NCBI GenBank assembly: GCA_013375485.1
Contig: JABXKB010000001.1
Coordinates: forward strand, 1 to 56,100
Direction: 5' to 3'
Length of the DNA stretch: 56,100 nucleotides
From: Promethearchaeota archaeon
Lineage (GTDB): Archaea > Asgardarchaeota > Lokiarchaeia > Sigyniarchaeales > SOKP01
The translations under genes were made by a program, and so were the position numbers. Of this stretch, positions 42,576 through 50,082 are shown piece by piece. Under the pieces are notes generated by a model. It had not been told where the DNA came from and made no database searches. It saw nothing but the letters and a program-made list of their open reading frames with translations. Numbering within the stretch: the stretch's first letter is position 1; each line of letters begins with the position of its first letter.

Positions 42576-42720
42576 TTAAAAGGACAGGCGCTGCGAAGCC
42601 ACCTGTCCCGTATCGCAGTCGGAGATTACTTGTTTACCGTCAGGCACAAGCTGAACTCTCCGTAAGTTCTAAGGGGTGGCGCCCATTACAAGCGCCTTGG
42701 GGGTATGTAGGTATTTAATA
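42576..42720 (-). ncRNA. candidate structured non-coding RNA / leader ending in an intrinsic terminator
   Basis: GC-rich, no credible ORF; stems GGCGC/GCGCC (42678-82/42692-96), CGGAGA/TCTCCG (42620-25/42657-62) enclosing CTTGT/ACAAG; terminator GGACAGG/CCTGTCC (42582-88/42602-08) + U-run on minus strand. Confidence 0.45.
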
Positions 42721-42885
42721 CTATAATTCTGCAAAATCATCCCAGTTAGGATTATTATAATAATCAACTACTTGTTTGCGGGTTATCACGTTAGTATTGA
42801 TTAAGTGTTGTATCTCTGATGCGTCTAATTCATCAAAATTAATATCTTCATATATCTCAGTAAATATTGCTTTCATCTTACCCAT
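42721..42885 (-). CDS. small acidic protein (54 aa)
   Basis: SD GGAGGA before ATG 42885; below ORF-track cutoff. Confidence 0.4.
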   Translation of the reverse strand: MGKMKAIFTEIYEDINFDELDASEIQHLINTNVITRKQVVDYYNNPNWDDFAEL

Positions 42886-42893
42886 ATTTCCTC

Positions 42894-43298
42894 CTATTCA
42901 AAAAAAGATAAATCGGGAAAATTACAGTTATAACAACCATTTTCTAATCCACAATCACACTTTACTATTACATTTTTCTCAAATACCTCACTACGATAAT
43001 TTTCAAACTCTTCGTAAGTTAATTCTTCACCATCAATCCACCATTCTTTATGGCTACTAGCGCACTCAATTGCTGGTCCATCTAAACGATGCAACTTACC
43101 TTCAACATACCATTCCCTATAACCATTAGCGTACTCAATTGCTGGCCCATCTAAGCGATGACGTTTACCTTTAACATACCACGCTTTACAACTGTCAGCA
43201 TACTCAATTGCTGGTTCATCTAAGCGATGTAACTTCTTATTGCGATTATAATAATCTAAAACACTACCATCTAAGTAATAATATTTATTTTTCTTCAT
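42894..43298 (-). CDS. MORN-like repeat protein, 3 repeats, with Cys-rich C-terminal extension
   Basis: 3 cores; tail LTYEEFENYRSEVFEKNVIVKCDCGLENGCYNCNF. Confidence 0.8.
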   Translation of the reverse strand: MKKNKYYYLDGSVLDYYNRNKKLHRLDEPAIEYADSCKAWYVKGKRHRLDGPAIEYANGYREWYVEGKLHRLDGPAIECASSHKEWWIDGEELTYEEFENYRSEVFEKNVIVKCDCGLENGCYNCNFPDLSFFE

Positions 43299-43560
43299 CT
43301 ATTACCTTACTATGGAATACTTCATCCACATATTTTTTATAATGCGACTCAATTTCTTGAGATACTACATTATCACCACAATCTATATCTATACTATCCC
43401 AACCACCATTATCAGTTTCAAACTCCCATTGATTACTATCTACTCGTTTTATTGAGTTTATATTTACGTTATTAATGCCATCATCAAACTTTAATTGCAT
43501 TGTTTTAAAATTAATCTTAATCCATCCAGAATAATCGATCGCATACCATTTATCACTCAT
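43285..43560 (-). CDS. hypothetical protein
   Basis: trimmed to ATG 43560 after GGGAGG; tail HYKKYVDEVFHSKVIDEEK overlaps next start. Confidence 0.55.
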   Translation of the reverse strand: MSDKWYAIDYSGWIKINFKTMQLKFDDGINNVNINSIKRVDSNQWEFETDNGGWDSIDIDCGDNVVSQEIESHYKKYVDEVFHSKVIDEEK

Positions 43561-43586
43561 CTTACCTCCCATTATATATTTAACAG

Positions 43587-43597
43587 TCGAATTGGTT
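43587..43597 (-). promoter_or_regulatory. AACCGATTCGAT-class motif, copy 9 (CCAATTCGAC variant)
   Basis: minus-sense CTCAAACCAATTCGACTGTT; 27 nt before ATG 43560. Confidence 0.5.
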
Positions 43598-43609
43598 TGA
43601 GTTATAAGC

Positions 43610-43632
43610 GGGGCGAATTACTCGCCCCTTTT
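43610..43632. terminator. GC-rich hairpin (orientation ambiguous)
   Basis: GGGGCGA-ATTAC-TCGCCCC; the T-run is on the plus strand although the neighbouring genes are minus. Confidence 0.4.
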
Positions 43633-43677
43633 CGAGACAGGTTGAGGGTTTGCCTTTATCCACCCACAATTTTACGC

Positions 43678-43893
43678 TTAGCGATCGGCTAACTCATATT
43701 TAGATGGAGAACATACTACTACTCCATGTGGGCTCCATCCCAAGTATATTCCATAAAACTTTTCCAACTGAAACAATATTCGTCCATTTTCTTTACGGTT
43801 TTTAACTCTATAAAGCTCAGGGTGTCTATTTACTAAATATTCAAATGCTTTAAGTTTTCGCCTATTGCGCGCAATTGTTTCTTCTCTAGTCAT
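43678..43893 (-). CDS. hypothetical protein
   Basis: 71-aa ORF, ATGA overlap upstream. Confidence 0.55.
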   Translation of the reverse strand: MTREETIARNRRKLKAFEYLVNRHPELYRVKNRKENGRILFQLEKFYGIYLGWSPHGVVVCSPSKYELADR

Positions 43894-44174
43894 AATACCT
43901 CCTTTTCTAGAATATCACTTACATACTTTTCATATGCTTTATCCCATGCGTCTTTACATTCATCTGTATAGTACTCAAGCGGTACGAATCTCCATGTTTC
44001 ATCGCCGGGATACATTTCTTGTAGCTCTTCAATTTTCTCATCTGTTAAATCTTCAACGATAGTATTGGATGGTAAGTCTTCAACCACATACCAATCATTA
44101 TCCAAGTCTTTAACCATTATAGGCGCAACATGTTCATCGAGATCAATTTCTAATACTAAATACTTTCTTTTCAT
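43890..44174 (-). CDS. acidic hypothetical protein
   Basis: 94 aa; SD AAGGGGG; tail KYVSDILEKEVL. Confidence 0.6.
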   Translation of the reverse strand: MKRKYLVLEIDLDEHVAPIMVKDLDNDWYVVEDLPSNTIVEDLTDEKIEELQEMYPGDETWRFVPLEYYTDECKDAWDKAYEKYVSDILEKEVL

Positions 44175-44208
44175 ATTAACCCCCTTATTGCGTTGTTGTT
44201 ATATATAC

Positions 44209-44246
44209 ATCGAATCGGTTGGGGTGAATTGTGGCGTAGCGGTGTC
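44209..44246 (-). promoter_or_regulatory. second copy of the 38-nt box (contains motif copy 10)
   Basis: identical to 42536..42573; core at 44210-44220, 36 nt before ATG 44174. Confidence 0.6.
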
Positions 44247-44265
44247 GGCCAGTGAAATAGAGGTA

Positions 44266-44469
44266 TTATTCTCGAGGATATTTTCTCCAAAAATCAATTT
44301 CTTTATAGAATCTTATTTTTTGAAGATCGGGGTTAGTAGTGTCTCGTTTAATGGGAATAGGTGCGCCTAATTTATTTAGTCTATCGCTATAATTGTGTGC
44401 AAACCACATGATAAAAATAAACATTCCAATCCCGCATCCAATGCTCACTAACATTATTGTCCAATCCAT
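44266..44469 (-). CDS. small membrane protein
   Basis: N-terminal TM IMLVSIGCGIGMFIFIMWF. Confidence 0.5.
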   Translation of the reverse strand: MDWTIMLVSIGCGIGMFIFIMWFAHNYSDRLNKLGAPIPIKRDTTNPDLQKIRFYKEIDFWRKYPRE

Positions 44470-44470
44470 A

Positions 44471-44689
44471 CTATTCCTCTTTTTTAGGTGGTTTATATTT
44501 GGGACAATAATCTGAATGTTTGCCCCCTGATGCTCCAGCTTTTATAGCTGCGTCTAATCCACATTCACATTTTTTATTTGAAGATTCTGAAATAATTTTT
44601 TCGATATAACCATGCGCGGCATCATTATCATCAATGTGTCCCCAACTTGGGTCATTATTGTGATTATAATAAAAACTAGGGTAAGCCAT
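44471..44689 (-). CDS. hypothetical protein, possibly leaderless
   Basis: no SD; minus-sense TTGTATAAT-TAATAT-ATG places a -10 box 6 nt from the start codon. Confidence 0.5.
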   Translation of the reverse strand: MAYPSFYYNHNNDPSWGHIDDNDAAHGYIEKIISESSNKKCECGLDAAIKAGASGGKHSDYCPKYKPPKKEE

Positions 44690-44695
44690 ATATTA

Positions 44696-44701
44696 ATTAT
44701 A
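44696..44701 (-). promoter_or_regulatory. TATAAT -10-like box
   Basis: minus-sense TTGTATAAT immediately after terminator 44706..44735. Confidence 0.35.
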
Positions 44702-44705
44702 CAAT

Positions 44706-44735
44706 ATAAAACCCTGGTTACGTTAATAACCAGGG
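44706..44735 (-). terminator. rho-independent terminator
   Basis: minus-sense CCCTGGTTA-TTAACG-TAACCAGGG followed by TTTTATATT; second hairpin GTGGAC-TTA-GTCCAC at 44755-44769. Confidence 0.7.
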
Positions 44736-44777
44736 CATATGAGGGGTTATGAATGTGGACTTAGTCCACGAGGAGTG

Positions 44778-45041
44778 TTACTGTAGCATTTCATCTATCA
44801 TTTTAAAAGCAATAGCATCTAAAATAGTTTTTTCTAATGGTTCTATTAGTTCAACTTTATATTTAAGTTCAGTTGGCCATCTTTTAAATAAAGCATTAGT
44901 TTTAGTATGTCTATAATATAATTTATTATCGTCAATTTTCCACTCAGCAAAATTATTTTGGGCTTTCATTATTTCATATTGATAAGTGTTATCTTTGTAA
45001 AAAGTTACATCACCAATAACAATTAAAACTTCTTTACTCAT
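44778..45041 (-). CDS. hypothetical protein
   Basis: 87-aa ORF. Confidence 0.55.
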   Translation of the reverse strand: MSKEVLIVIGDVTFYKDNTYQYEIMKAQNNFAEWKIDDNKLYYRHTKTNALFKRWPTELKYKVELIEPLEKTILDAIAFKMIDEMLQ

Positions 45042-45177
45042 AGTTAACCTTACTTAAATTTACTGTTACAGTGCATATCTTTCTTTGACACACCATATTA
45101 ATTATATCTAATTTAAGACCAATAAAGATGACTATCGCAGCCACTCCTACAATTGTAAAAACTAGATCTTTAATCAT
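45034..45177 (-). CDS. small membrane protein (47 aa)
   Basis: SD GGAGGAA; TM LVFTIVGVAAIVIFIGL; overlaps both neighbours. Confidence 0.4.
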   Translation of the reverse strand: MIKDLVFTIVGVAAIVIFIGLKLDIINMVCQRKICTVTVNLSKVNYE

Positions 45178-45310
45178 ATTGTTCCTCCGCTAATTCATCA
45201 AGCATTTCCCATAAACCTGGTTCTTCTTCTTCGTCTGGAAGAACATAATATGTATTTATGGCACACCCCATTAAACTACATGCAATTATAAGAATAAATA
45301 ACCGTTTCAT
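45170..45310 (-). CDS. small lipoprotein (46 aa)
   Basis: SD GGGAGA; signal + lipobox MKRLFILIIACSLMGC; acidic mature part. Confidence 0.45.
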   Translation of the reverse strand: MKRLFILIIACSLMGCAINTYYVLPDEEEEPGLWEMLDELAEEQYD

Positions 45311-45323
45311 TTATTGTCTCCCT

Positions 45324-45455
45324 TTAATCGTTTAATATTCTTTTTAAACTTTGTTTTCTATATTTAGAATTTTTCAATGTCTTTGTAGAAAGTTCGCATT
45401 TTTTTGCTTTTTTTAGAGCATTCTTTATTAAGTTTACAAATATCCTTTGTACCAT
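45324..45455 (-). CDS. small basic protein (43 aa)
   Basis: SD GAAGGAA before ATG 45455. Confidence 0.3.
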   Translation of the reverse strand: MVQRIFVNLIKNALKKAKKCELSTKTLKNSKYRKQSLKRILND

Positions 45456-45479
45456 ATAAAATTCCTTCTATTTTATTAA

Positions 45480-45710
45480 CTATGGCTTAGACTTTTTTTC
45501 TTTTGTGGTTTTTATTTGGTTATACATATCAAGAGCAATAGCCGCTGTATCTATAACATTATTTAAACCATCTCCAGATTTAACTTTATTACCTTGATGT
45601 AAAAGTGTCCAGGAATATTTGGTTCTCTTAAGTTTTATTTCTATTCGCCATTGATCCTTTTGTGAATACCAATTTTTAGTGCCTTTCTGACACGAAAACG
45701 CATTAATCAT
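45480..45710 (-). CDS. hypothetical protein
   Basis: 76-aa ORF, ATGA overlap upstream. Confidence 0.5.
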   Translation of the reverse strand: MINAFSCQKGTKNWYSQKDQWRIEIKLKRTKYSWTLLHQGNKVKSGDGLNNVIDTAAIALDMYNQIKTTKEKKSKP

Positions 45711-45925
45711 AATGTTCCCTCCTTTTTTATCTTATGGGCTAATATTTGTCCAATAATCTCACTATTCTCTCTGATATTGGATAGATGCCTTTTGTCTAAC
45801 TCAGTACATTCATGTTGAACTGACTCAACAGTCATTGCGAATCTTTCAAGCTTCTTTAACTGCTTGAAATTTAGTGCTTTTAGTTTAATTATATTGGGTT
45901 TATCAAGCATTTCATGTATTTTCAT
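45707..45925 (-). CDS. hypothetical protein
   Basis: 72-aa ORF; SD AAGGAGG. Confidence 0.5.
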   Translation of the reverse strand: MKIHEMLDKPNIIKLKALNFKQLKKLERFAMTVESVQHECTELDKRHLSNIRENSEIIGQILAHKIKKEGTL

Positions 45926-45943
45926 AAAACCTCCTTTATAAGT

Positions 45944-46222
45944 TTATTCCTCTAATAAATATTTAAAATAATCCTCAAGTAAAACATACAGTTCACATGC
46001 TTTGTCTAGTTCTAATCTTTGACAACCGAAATTTATAAACAGGTCTTTCTTCTTGTTCATGTCTTTTTTAAACTCTAAGAAATCATCAAAACGATCTGTT
46101 AAGCTTGAATAATAACTCCACTCCCGCTCACAATAATTATAATTATACGTATATCTCTCAATACCTATACGATCTTTGTGTAAAAAAAGCCTATACTCAC
46201 TATTACCCATTAAAACTTTCAT
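45944..46222 (-). CDS. hypothetical protein, paralogue of 26999..27277
   Basis: same N-term MKVLMGN and identical C-terminal 23 aa. Confidence 0.6.
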   Translation of the reverse strand: MKVLMGNSEYRLFLHKDRIGIERYTYNYNYCEREWSYYSSLTDRFDDFLEFKKDMNKKKDLFINFGCQRLELDKACELYVLLEDYFKYLLEE

Positions 46223-46230
46223 AAAACCTC

Positions 46231-46425
46231 TTAATAATTATTCAATCTTTTTTCAATTTCATCATTGTTTAAGTGTTTATTGCTAAGGTCTGCTATCGCT
46301 CTTTCTTTGTTATCAACAATAAAACGGCACGTATTCTTGTTTCCAATCCAAACACCGAAACAAGCTCCAGCGAAAAATGGAACCGATGCCCAAATAATTA
46401 TCAGAACTAAGTTGTCTACACTCAT
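46231..46425 (-). CDS. small membrane protein
   Basis: TM LVLIIIWASVPFFAGACFGVWIG; SD AAGGAGG. Confidence 0.5.
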   Translation of the reverse strand: MSVDNLVLIIIWASVPFFAGACFGVWIGNKNTCRFIVDNKERAIADLSNKHLNNDEIEKRLNNY

Positions 46426-46436
46426 AAAACCTCCTT

Positions 46437-46601
46437 TTATTTACCTATATACCGCAAACAATATGTTCCTGCTACTTTATGTGGAAGTATAACTTTATAA
46501 CATACTTTGCCTTTTATACTTTTTGCCTTTAAATGATTAAGAACATGCGGATTTCTTTCACCACAACCAATTAACATAAATGCCAACAATAAAAATCTCA
46601 T
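46437..46601 (-). CDS. small lipoprotein (54 aa)
   Basis: SD GGAGGAA; MRFLLLAFMLIGC lipobox. Confidence 0.45.
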   Translation of the reverse strand: MRFLLLAFMLIGCGERNPHVLNHLKAKSIKGKVCYKVILPHKVAGTYCLRYIGK

Positions 46602-46750
46602 TAGTTCCTCCATGGATCATGTGGTTTTAAAAAATTACATTTACACCAATATCTAGTTCCAAATATATTGGTGCTTGTACGTATACTATGTTTCTTATGA
46701 AATAAAATTCTGTGTTTCAATACGTGCAGTAAAACCCTAAAAAAATTCAT
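46601..46750 (-). CDS. small basic protein (49 aa)
   Basis: SD GGGGAA; TAATG overlap downstream. Confidence 0.3.
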   Translation of the reverse strand: MNFFRVLLHVLKHRILFHKKHSIRTSTNIFGTRYWCKCNFLKPHDPWRN

Positions 46751-46751
46751 T

Positions 46752-46934
46752 TTATTCCCCCTTAAAAAGTGGAACAAACTTTTCTGTTTCTTTTAAAAAC
46801 TTAAGCAATACTTTTTTATCTTTAATTATGTGTTTATGTTTAATCAATGTTCCATTTTCAATGGCCTTTAATTGTGCCTGTGTAACTTCTCTCATTAGCC
46901 TTATACGTCTAACAATTGTTTCTCTTATTAACAT
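46752..46934 (-). CDS. hypothetical protein
   Basis: 60-aa ORF; SD AAGGAGG. Confidence 0.45.
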   Translation of the reverse strand: MLIRETIVRRIRLMREVTQAQLKAIENGTLIKHKHIIKDKKVLLKFLKETEKFVPLFKGE

Positions 46935-46998
46935 AAAACCTCCTTATAGTAATTTATTGATACTTGCCAATACGCACATTTAACACCTCAAGCCTCCT

Positions 46999-47211
46999 TT
47001 AAAAATTATCGCTATAAATATCTATTTTATTTGATTTTTTTTGACTAATTTCATTAATAAGCGCCTGCATTTCATACTTTATTTTATCGAAACACTTCTT
47101 ACATATTGATGCAGCATCCCAGTCTATTACATGATTTTCTGTGTACGTTGCAATAATTTTATCGCACGTTTGACATTTGTGCTTAATAATAGTGTGTTCA
47201 TTGTCATACAT
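46999..47211 (-). CDS. zinc-ribbon protein
   Basis: CQTCDK ... CKKCFDK. Confidence 0.5.
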   Translation of the reverse strand: MYDNEHTIIKHKCQTCDKIIATYTENHVIDWDAASICKKCFDKIKYEMQALINEISQKKSNKIDIYSDNF

Positions 47212-47220
47212 ATAAGCCCC

Positions 47221-47586
47221 TTACTTTTGTTTATAGCTTTCTCTTAATAAATACATAACTTCATTATAATCTTTAGTGAGTTCTTTCGATTGTTGCAATA
47301 ATTCAGCGTATTCTTTGTACGCCTTATCAACCAAACTTTGCTCCCATGGTCTTACCACAAAAACAACAAAGGCCGACATTATTAACAAACTTATACCAAA
47401 GTATATAACTCCACGTTTCATTTCAGCTAAGTGATCTTTCTTAGGCTGCTTAATTGATGTTTTAGGTTTATTATAAACATTAATAACTTCTCGCTTATAT
47501 TCACCTTCAGGATTTTGGGTTTCTCTGAAAGTTTGCTTTGCAAGGCTTTGGTTAGCTTTAACTATTAAACCCTTTTTATCATACAT
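47221..47586 (-). CDS. membrane protein with central TM
   Basis: TM VIYFGISLLIMSAFVVFVV; SD GGAGGAA. Confidence 0.55.
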   Translation of the reverse strand: MYDKKGLIVKANQSLAKQTFRETQNPEGEYKREVINVYNKPKTSIKQPKKDHLAEMKRGVIYFGISLLIMSAFVVFVVRPWEQSLVDKAYKEYAELLQQSKELTKDYNEVMYLLRESYKQK

Positions 47587-47594
47587 ATTTCCTC

Positions 47595-47882
47595 CTAATG
47601 ATAAACTTGATTTAATTCATCGAGTCTATCTAACATCTCTTCTTCTGTCATAGTTTCCATAATTCGCTTAACGGATTGCTCCATTGATTCTCCAGTAACT
47701 TTAATTAACCACTTATTAAAGTTATTTTTCAGTTGAACATTCACATCTAATTTTTCATTATAAATAAAGGAGAATTCTATCTTACAGTGACCACAAATAA
47801 ACTCATAGTATTTCTTACTCCAATGTTGGCGTAATATCACCCTATCTCCTTCTTTTTTACATAGTGGACATTTATGGTTCAT
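47595..47882 (-). CDS. zinc-ribbon protein
   Basis: CPLCKK ... CGHCK. Confidence 0.55.
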   Translation of the reverse strand: MNHKCPLCKKEGDRVILRQHWSKKYYEFICGHCKIEFSFIYNEKLDVNVQLKNNFNKWLIKVTGESMEQSVKRIMETMTEEEMLDRLDELNQVYH

Positions 47883-48229
47883 GATATGTCTCCACCTTTT
47901 AAACCTAACGATTTAATTAGCCCAGCTGGAATTTCATTAAGATCAACTTCTTGAGTTTTCTTTTTTCTACGTGGATAGAATTTTCTTTTGTTTTTCTTTT
48001 CTTCTTTTTCTGCTGCTTCACGGGCCTTATATCTCTCTATGGCCTTTTCAAAAGATGCACGCCTTTCATCAGATATTACATATTCATTAGCTTTACGCTC
48101 AGCTTCACGTTGTTTTATGCCAGCAACGATAACATCCCATTCTTCTTTTGAATGATTTATACGACCACCATTTTTAGCTTTTTTAACTCCCACAATGCCA
48201 ATATTTTTAACTTTTAATTGCTTTCTCAT
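47879..48229 (-). CDS. basic protein with C-terminal VDLNEIPAGLIKSLGL motif
   Basis: 116 aa; first gene after motif copy 11; SD AAGGAGG. Confidence 0.55.
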   Translation of the reverse strand: MRKQLKVKNIGIVGVKKAKNGGRINHSKEEWDVIVAGIKQREAERKANEYVISDERRASFEKAIERYKAREAAEKEEKKNKRKFYPRRKKKTQEVDLNEIPAGLIKSLGLKGGDIS

Positions 48230-48259
48230 AACCTACCTCCTTTGTTTTATATAAACTAA

Positions 48260-48270
48260 TAGAATCGGTC
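48260..48270 (-). promoter_or_regulatory. AACCGATTCGAT-class motif, copy 11 (GACCGATTCTAT variant)
   Basis: minus-sense CCCTGACCGATTCTATTAGT; overlaps the stop codon of 48269..48535 by 2 nt, 31 nt before ATG 48229. Confidence 0.5.
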
Positions 48271-48535
48271 AGGGTTTGGAGCGCTTAGGATAAATGGGGC
48301 CAAATATAGCTTTTTCAAATTGCTCGTCTTTCCATTGTTTATATACTTTTTGTACGTTATCAGTAAAAATTCCCCAACCTATTCCCTCACCTCGAAAACC
48401 CATTAATTTTCCATTTTCTTCTAACATTGGGAGTGGAAATAGTAATCTATCTTTTAAAGTATATTGCATATTCTCAAAATCAAAAGACCAGCCATATTTT
48501 GGGTCAGTCCAATATATTTTTTCTAGTTTAATCAT
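48269..48535 (-). CDS. hypothetical protein
   Basis: 88 aa; tail VYKQWKDEQFEKAIFG. Confidence 0.55.
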   Translation of the reverse strand: MIKLEKIYWTDPKYGWSFDFENMQYTLKDRLLFPLPMLEENGKLMGFRGEGIGWGIFTDNVQKVYKQWKDEQFEKAIFGPIYPKRSKP

Positions 48536-48750
48536 TAATCACAACTCGCAGAACAATTCCATGTGGCAATATACTTATCATTTATTTTGCTGCATTGAAA
48601 GTTATAAAATCCATAGCCACAAGGATGATAACCTTTGTTCATTTGTGCCTGTTGAGCATCGACAGTATTAATCATTGTATGCGATTCTGCTTTAAAAAAA
48701 ATATTATTACCTACTCCATCACCATCTTTTTTAACAATACTACTTATCAT
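48535..48750 (-). CDS. hypothetical protein
   Basis: 71-aa ORF. Confidence 0.5.
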   Translation of the reverse strand: MISSIVKKDGDGVGNNIFFKAESHTMINTVDAQQAQMNKGYHPCGYGFYNFQCSKINDKYIATWNCSASCD

Positions 48751-49040
48751 TTCTCCTCCTTTAATATGTTATTGATTTCTTCACTTGCCTTTGATTCATA
48801 AAGCTCATATTCAAATTTTTCCCATAATTTGCATTCTTCACAGTCACAATTATCGTCGTGACTTTCATGCCACATTTCAAATTCATCACGCAATTCTTCG
48901 TCTTCTGATTCGTCATACCCCTTAAATCCATATAAAGCTAATTCATATAATTCTCTTTGAGAATAGCAATAAAAAGAATTTGCTTGATGTGTGGCTAATA
49001 ACTCTATAACTTTATCTCTTGTTTCATCACTTACCTTCAT
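48747..49040 (-). CDS. acidic hypothetical protein
   Basis: 97 aa; tail EEINNILKEEK. Confidence 0.55.
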   Translation of the reverse strand: MKVSDETRDKVIELLATHQANSFYCYSQRELYELALYGFKGYDESEDEELRDEFEMWHESHDDNCDCEECKLWEKFEYELYESKASEEINNILKEEK

Positions 49041-49041
49041 A

Positions 49042-49344
49042 TTATTTTCCTCCTAATAATTCTTTTTCTAATTCTTCATCCACATATTCATTAAAAGCCA
49101 ATTCTTGACATTTAATACAATCATTGGAACACTTTCTATAATTATCATCAATGCAATCAAGTTTTTTACCATTGCTAACAATTTGTAGTTCTAACCATTT
49201 ACCATTATCTTCTCTAGCTAATAAATACATATCGGCTTTGTTCTGAGATCCCATTGAAAAATCGAATACTATAACTTTCATGGTTTTAAAGTTAAAATAG
49301 CATTTATTTCCTGTACATGTTTTACATCTATTTTTATTTTTCAT
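49042..49344 (-). CDS. Cys-rich hypothetical protein
   Basis: 100 aa; tail NEYVDEELEKELLGGK. Confidence 0.55.
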   Translation of the reverse strand: MKNKNRCKTCTGNKCYFNFKTMKVIVFDFSMGSQNKADMYLLAREDNGKWLELQIVSNGKKLDCIDDNYRKCSNDCIKCQELAFNEYVDEELEKELLGGK

Positions 49345-49679
49345 AGCACAGTCCTCTCAAATAATTCATGTTGTATATCTTTTATCATATTAGGGTCAAG
49401 TTCCATTTCTTTGCGGCGACATTTAATTATAACTATGTTTCCCACAAACCTCCATGCATATCGATTACGGTGTTTATCTAATGAGATCCATTGTTGACAA
49501 GTAGACCACGTCCATTCGTTTTTGTTAGTTTTATTAGTTGCTTCGTTGAATAATCTAAGTAGAAATTCAAGTTCAAATGTAGTAAAAGACTTTAAATCTT
49601 TTAAGCTATAACGATATGTGTTGGCTATATATTGCTTTGCTATTTTTTTTAACAATCTTATTTTCTTAATTCTGTCCAT
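49341..49679 (-). CDS. hypothetical protein (FELEFL family, paralogue of 55291..55548)
   Basis: TTFELEFLLRLFNEATNKTNKNEWT.STCQQW vs TKFELEFLTKMYENGGDSNKTNFT.KACQHY. Confidence 0.55.
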   Translation of the reverse strand: MDRIKKIRLLKKIAKQYIANTYRYSLKDLKSFTTFELEFLLRLFNEATNKTNKNEWTWSTCQQWISLDKHRNRYAWRFVGNIVIIKCRRKEMELDPNMIKDIQHELFERTVL

Positions 49680-50082
49680 CTAATACATTCCTCTCAAATG
49701 CTTCATTGCGATAAGCTTCAAACTCTTTATAAGTTAAACACTTACCTTCAATATACCAACTTTTACTACCATCAGCAAACTCAACCGCTGGTCCATCTAA
49801 GCGATGACGTTTACCCTTAACATACCAACATTTACAACTGTCAGCATACTCAATTGCTGGTCCATCTAAGCGATGTAACTTACCATTAACATACCATCGT
49901 TTACTGCCACTAGAATACTCAACAGCTGGCCCATCTAAGCGATGTAACTTATCTTCAATATACCAACATTTATGACCATTGGCATACTCAATTGCTGGCC
50001 CCTTAAGGCGATGTAGCTTCTTATTGCAATTATAATAATCTAAAATACTACCGTCTGAGTAATAAAATTTATTTTTCTTCAC
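49666..50082 (-). CDS. MORN-like repeat protein, 4 repeats, array-closing tail
   Basis: 4 cores; tail LTYKEFEAYRNEAFERNVLDGQN. Confidence 0.8.
   Translation of the reverse strand: MKKNKFYYSDGSILDYYNCNKKLHRLKGPAIEYANGHKCWYIEDKLHRLDGPAVEYSSGSKRWYVNGKLHRLDGPAIEYADSCKCWYVKGKRHRLDGPAVEFADGSKSWYIEGKCLTYKEFEAYRNEAFERNVLDGQN

Noticed and set aside
42416-42718. A 100-aa plus-strand ORF spanning the GC-rich element, and the similar 44065..44370 ORF sharing ESVGVNCGVAVS.
   Set aside because: Both start antisense inside minus-strand genes and have no SD. The shared peptide is just the translation of the repeated 38-nt box. The region is better explained as regulatory or RNA.
1044-48671. Other long antisense ORFs from the track. 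They are 1044..1241, 1309..1500, 4297..4557, 5183..5542, 10327..10557, 13802..14083, 16459..16722, 17550..17774, 19607..19897, 20178..20414, 21053..21304, 30938..31270, 33443..33844, 34959..35246 and 48294..48671. Nested same-strand ORFs are 14174..14365 and 18789..19058.
   Set aside because: They lie opposite to or inside ORFs with recognisable domains or better coding character. They are Leu/Ser/Phe-rich, as expected from antisense AT-rich coding DNA, and lack an SD.
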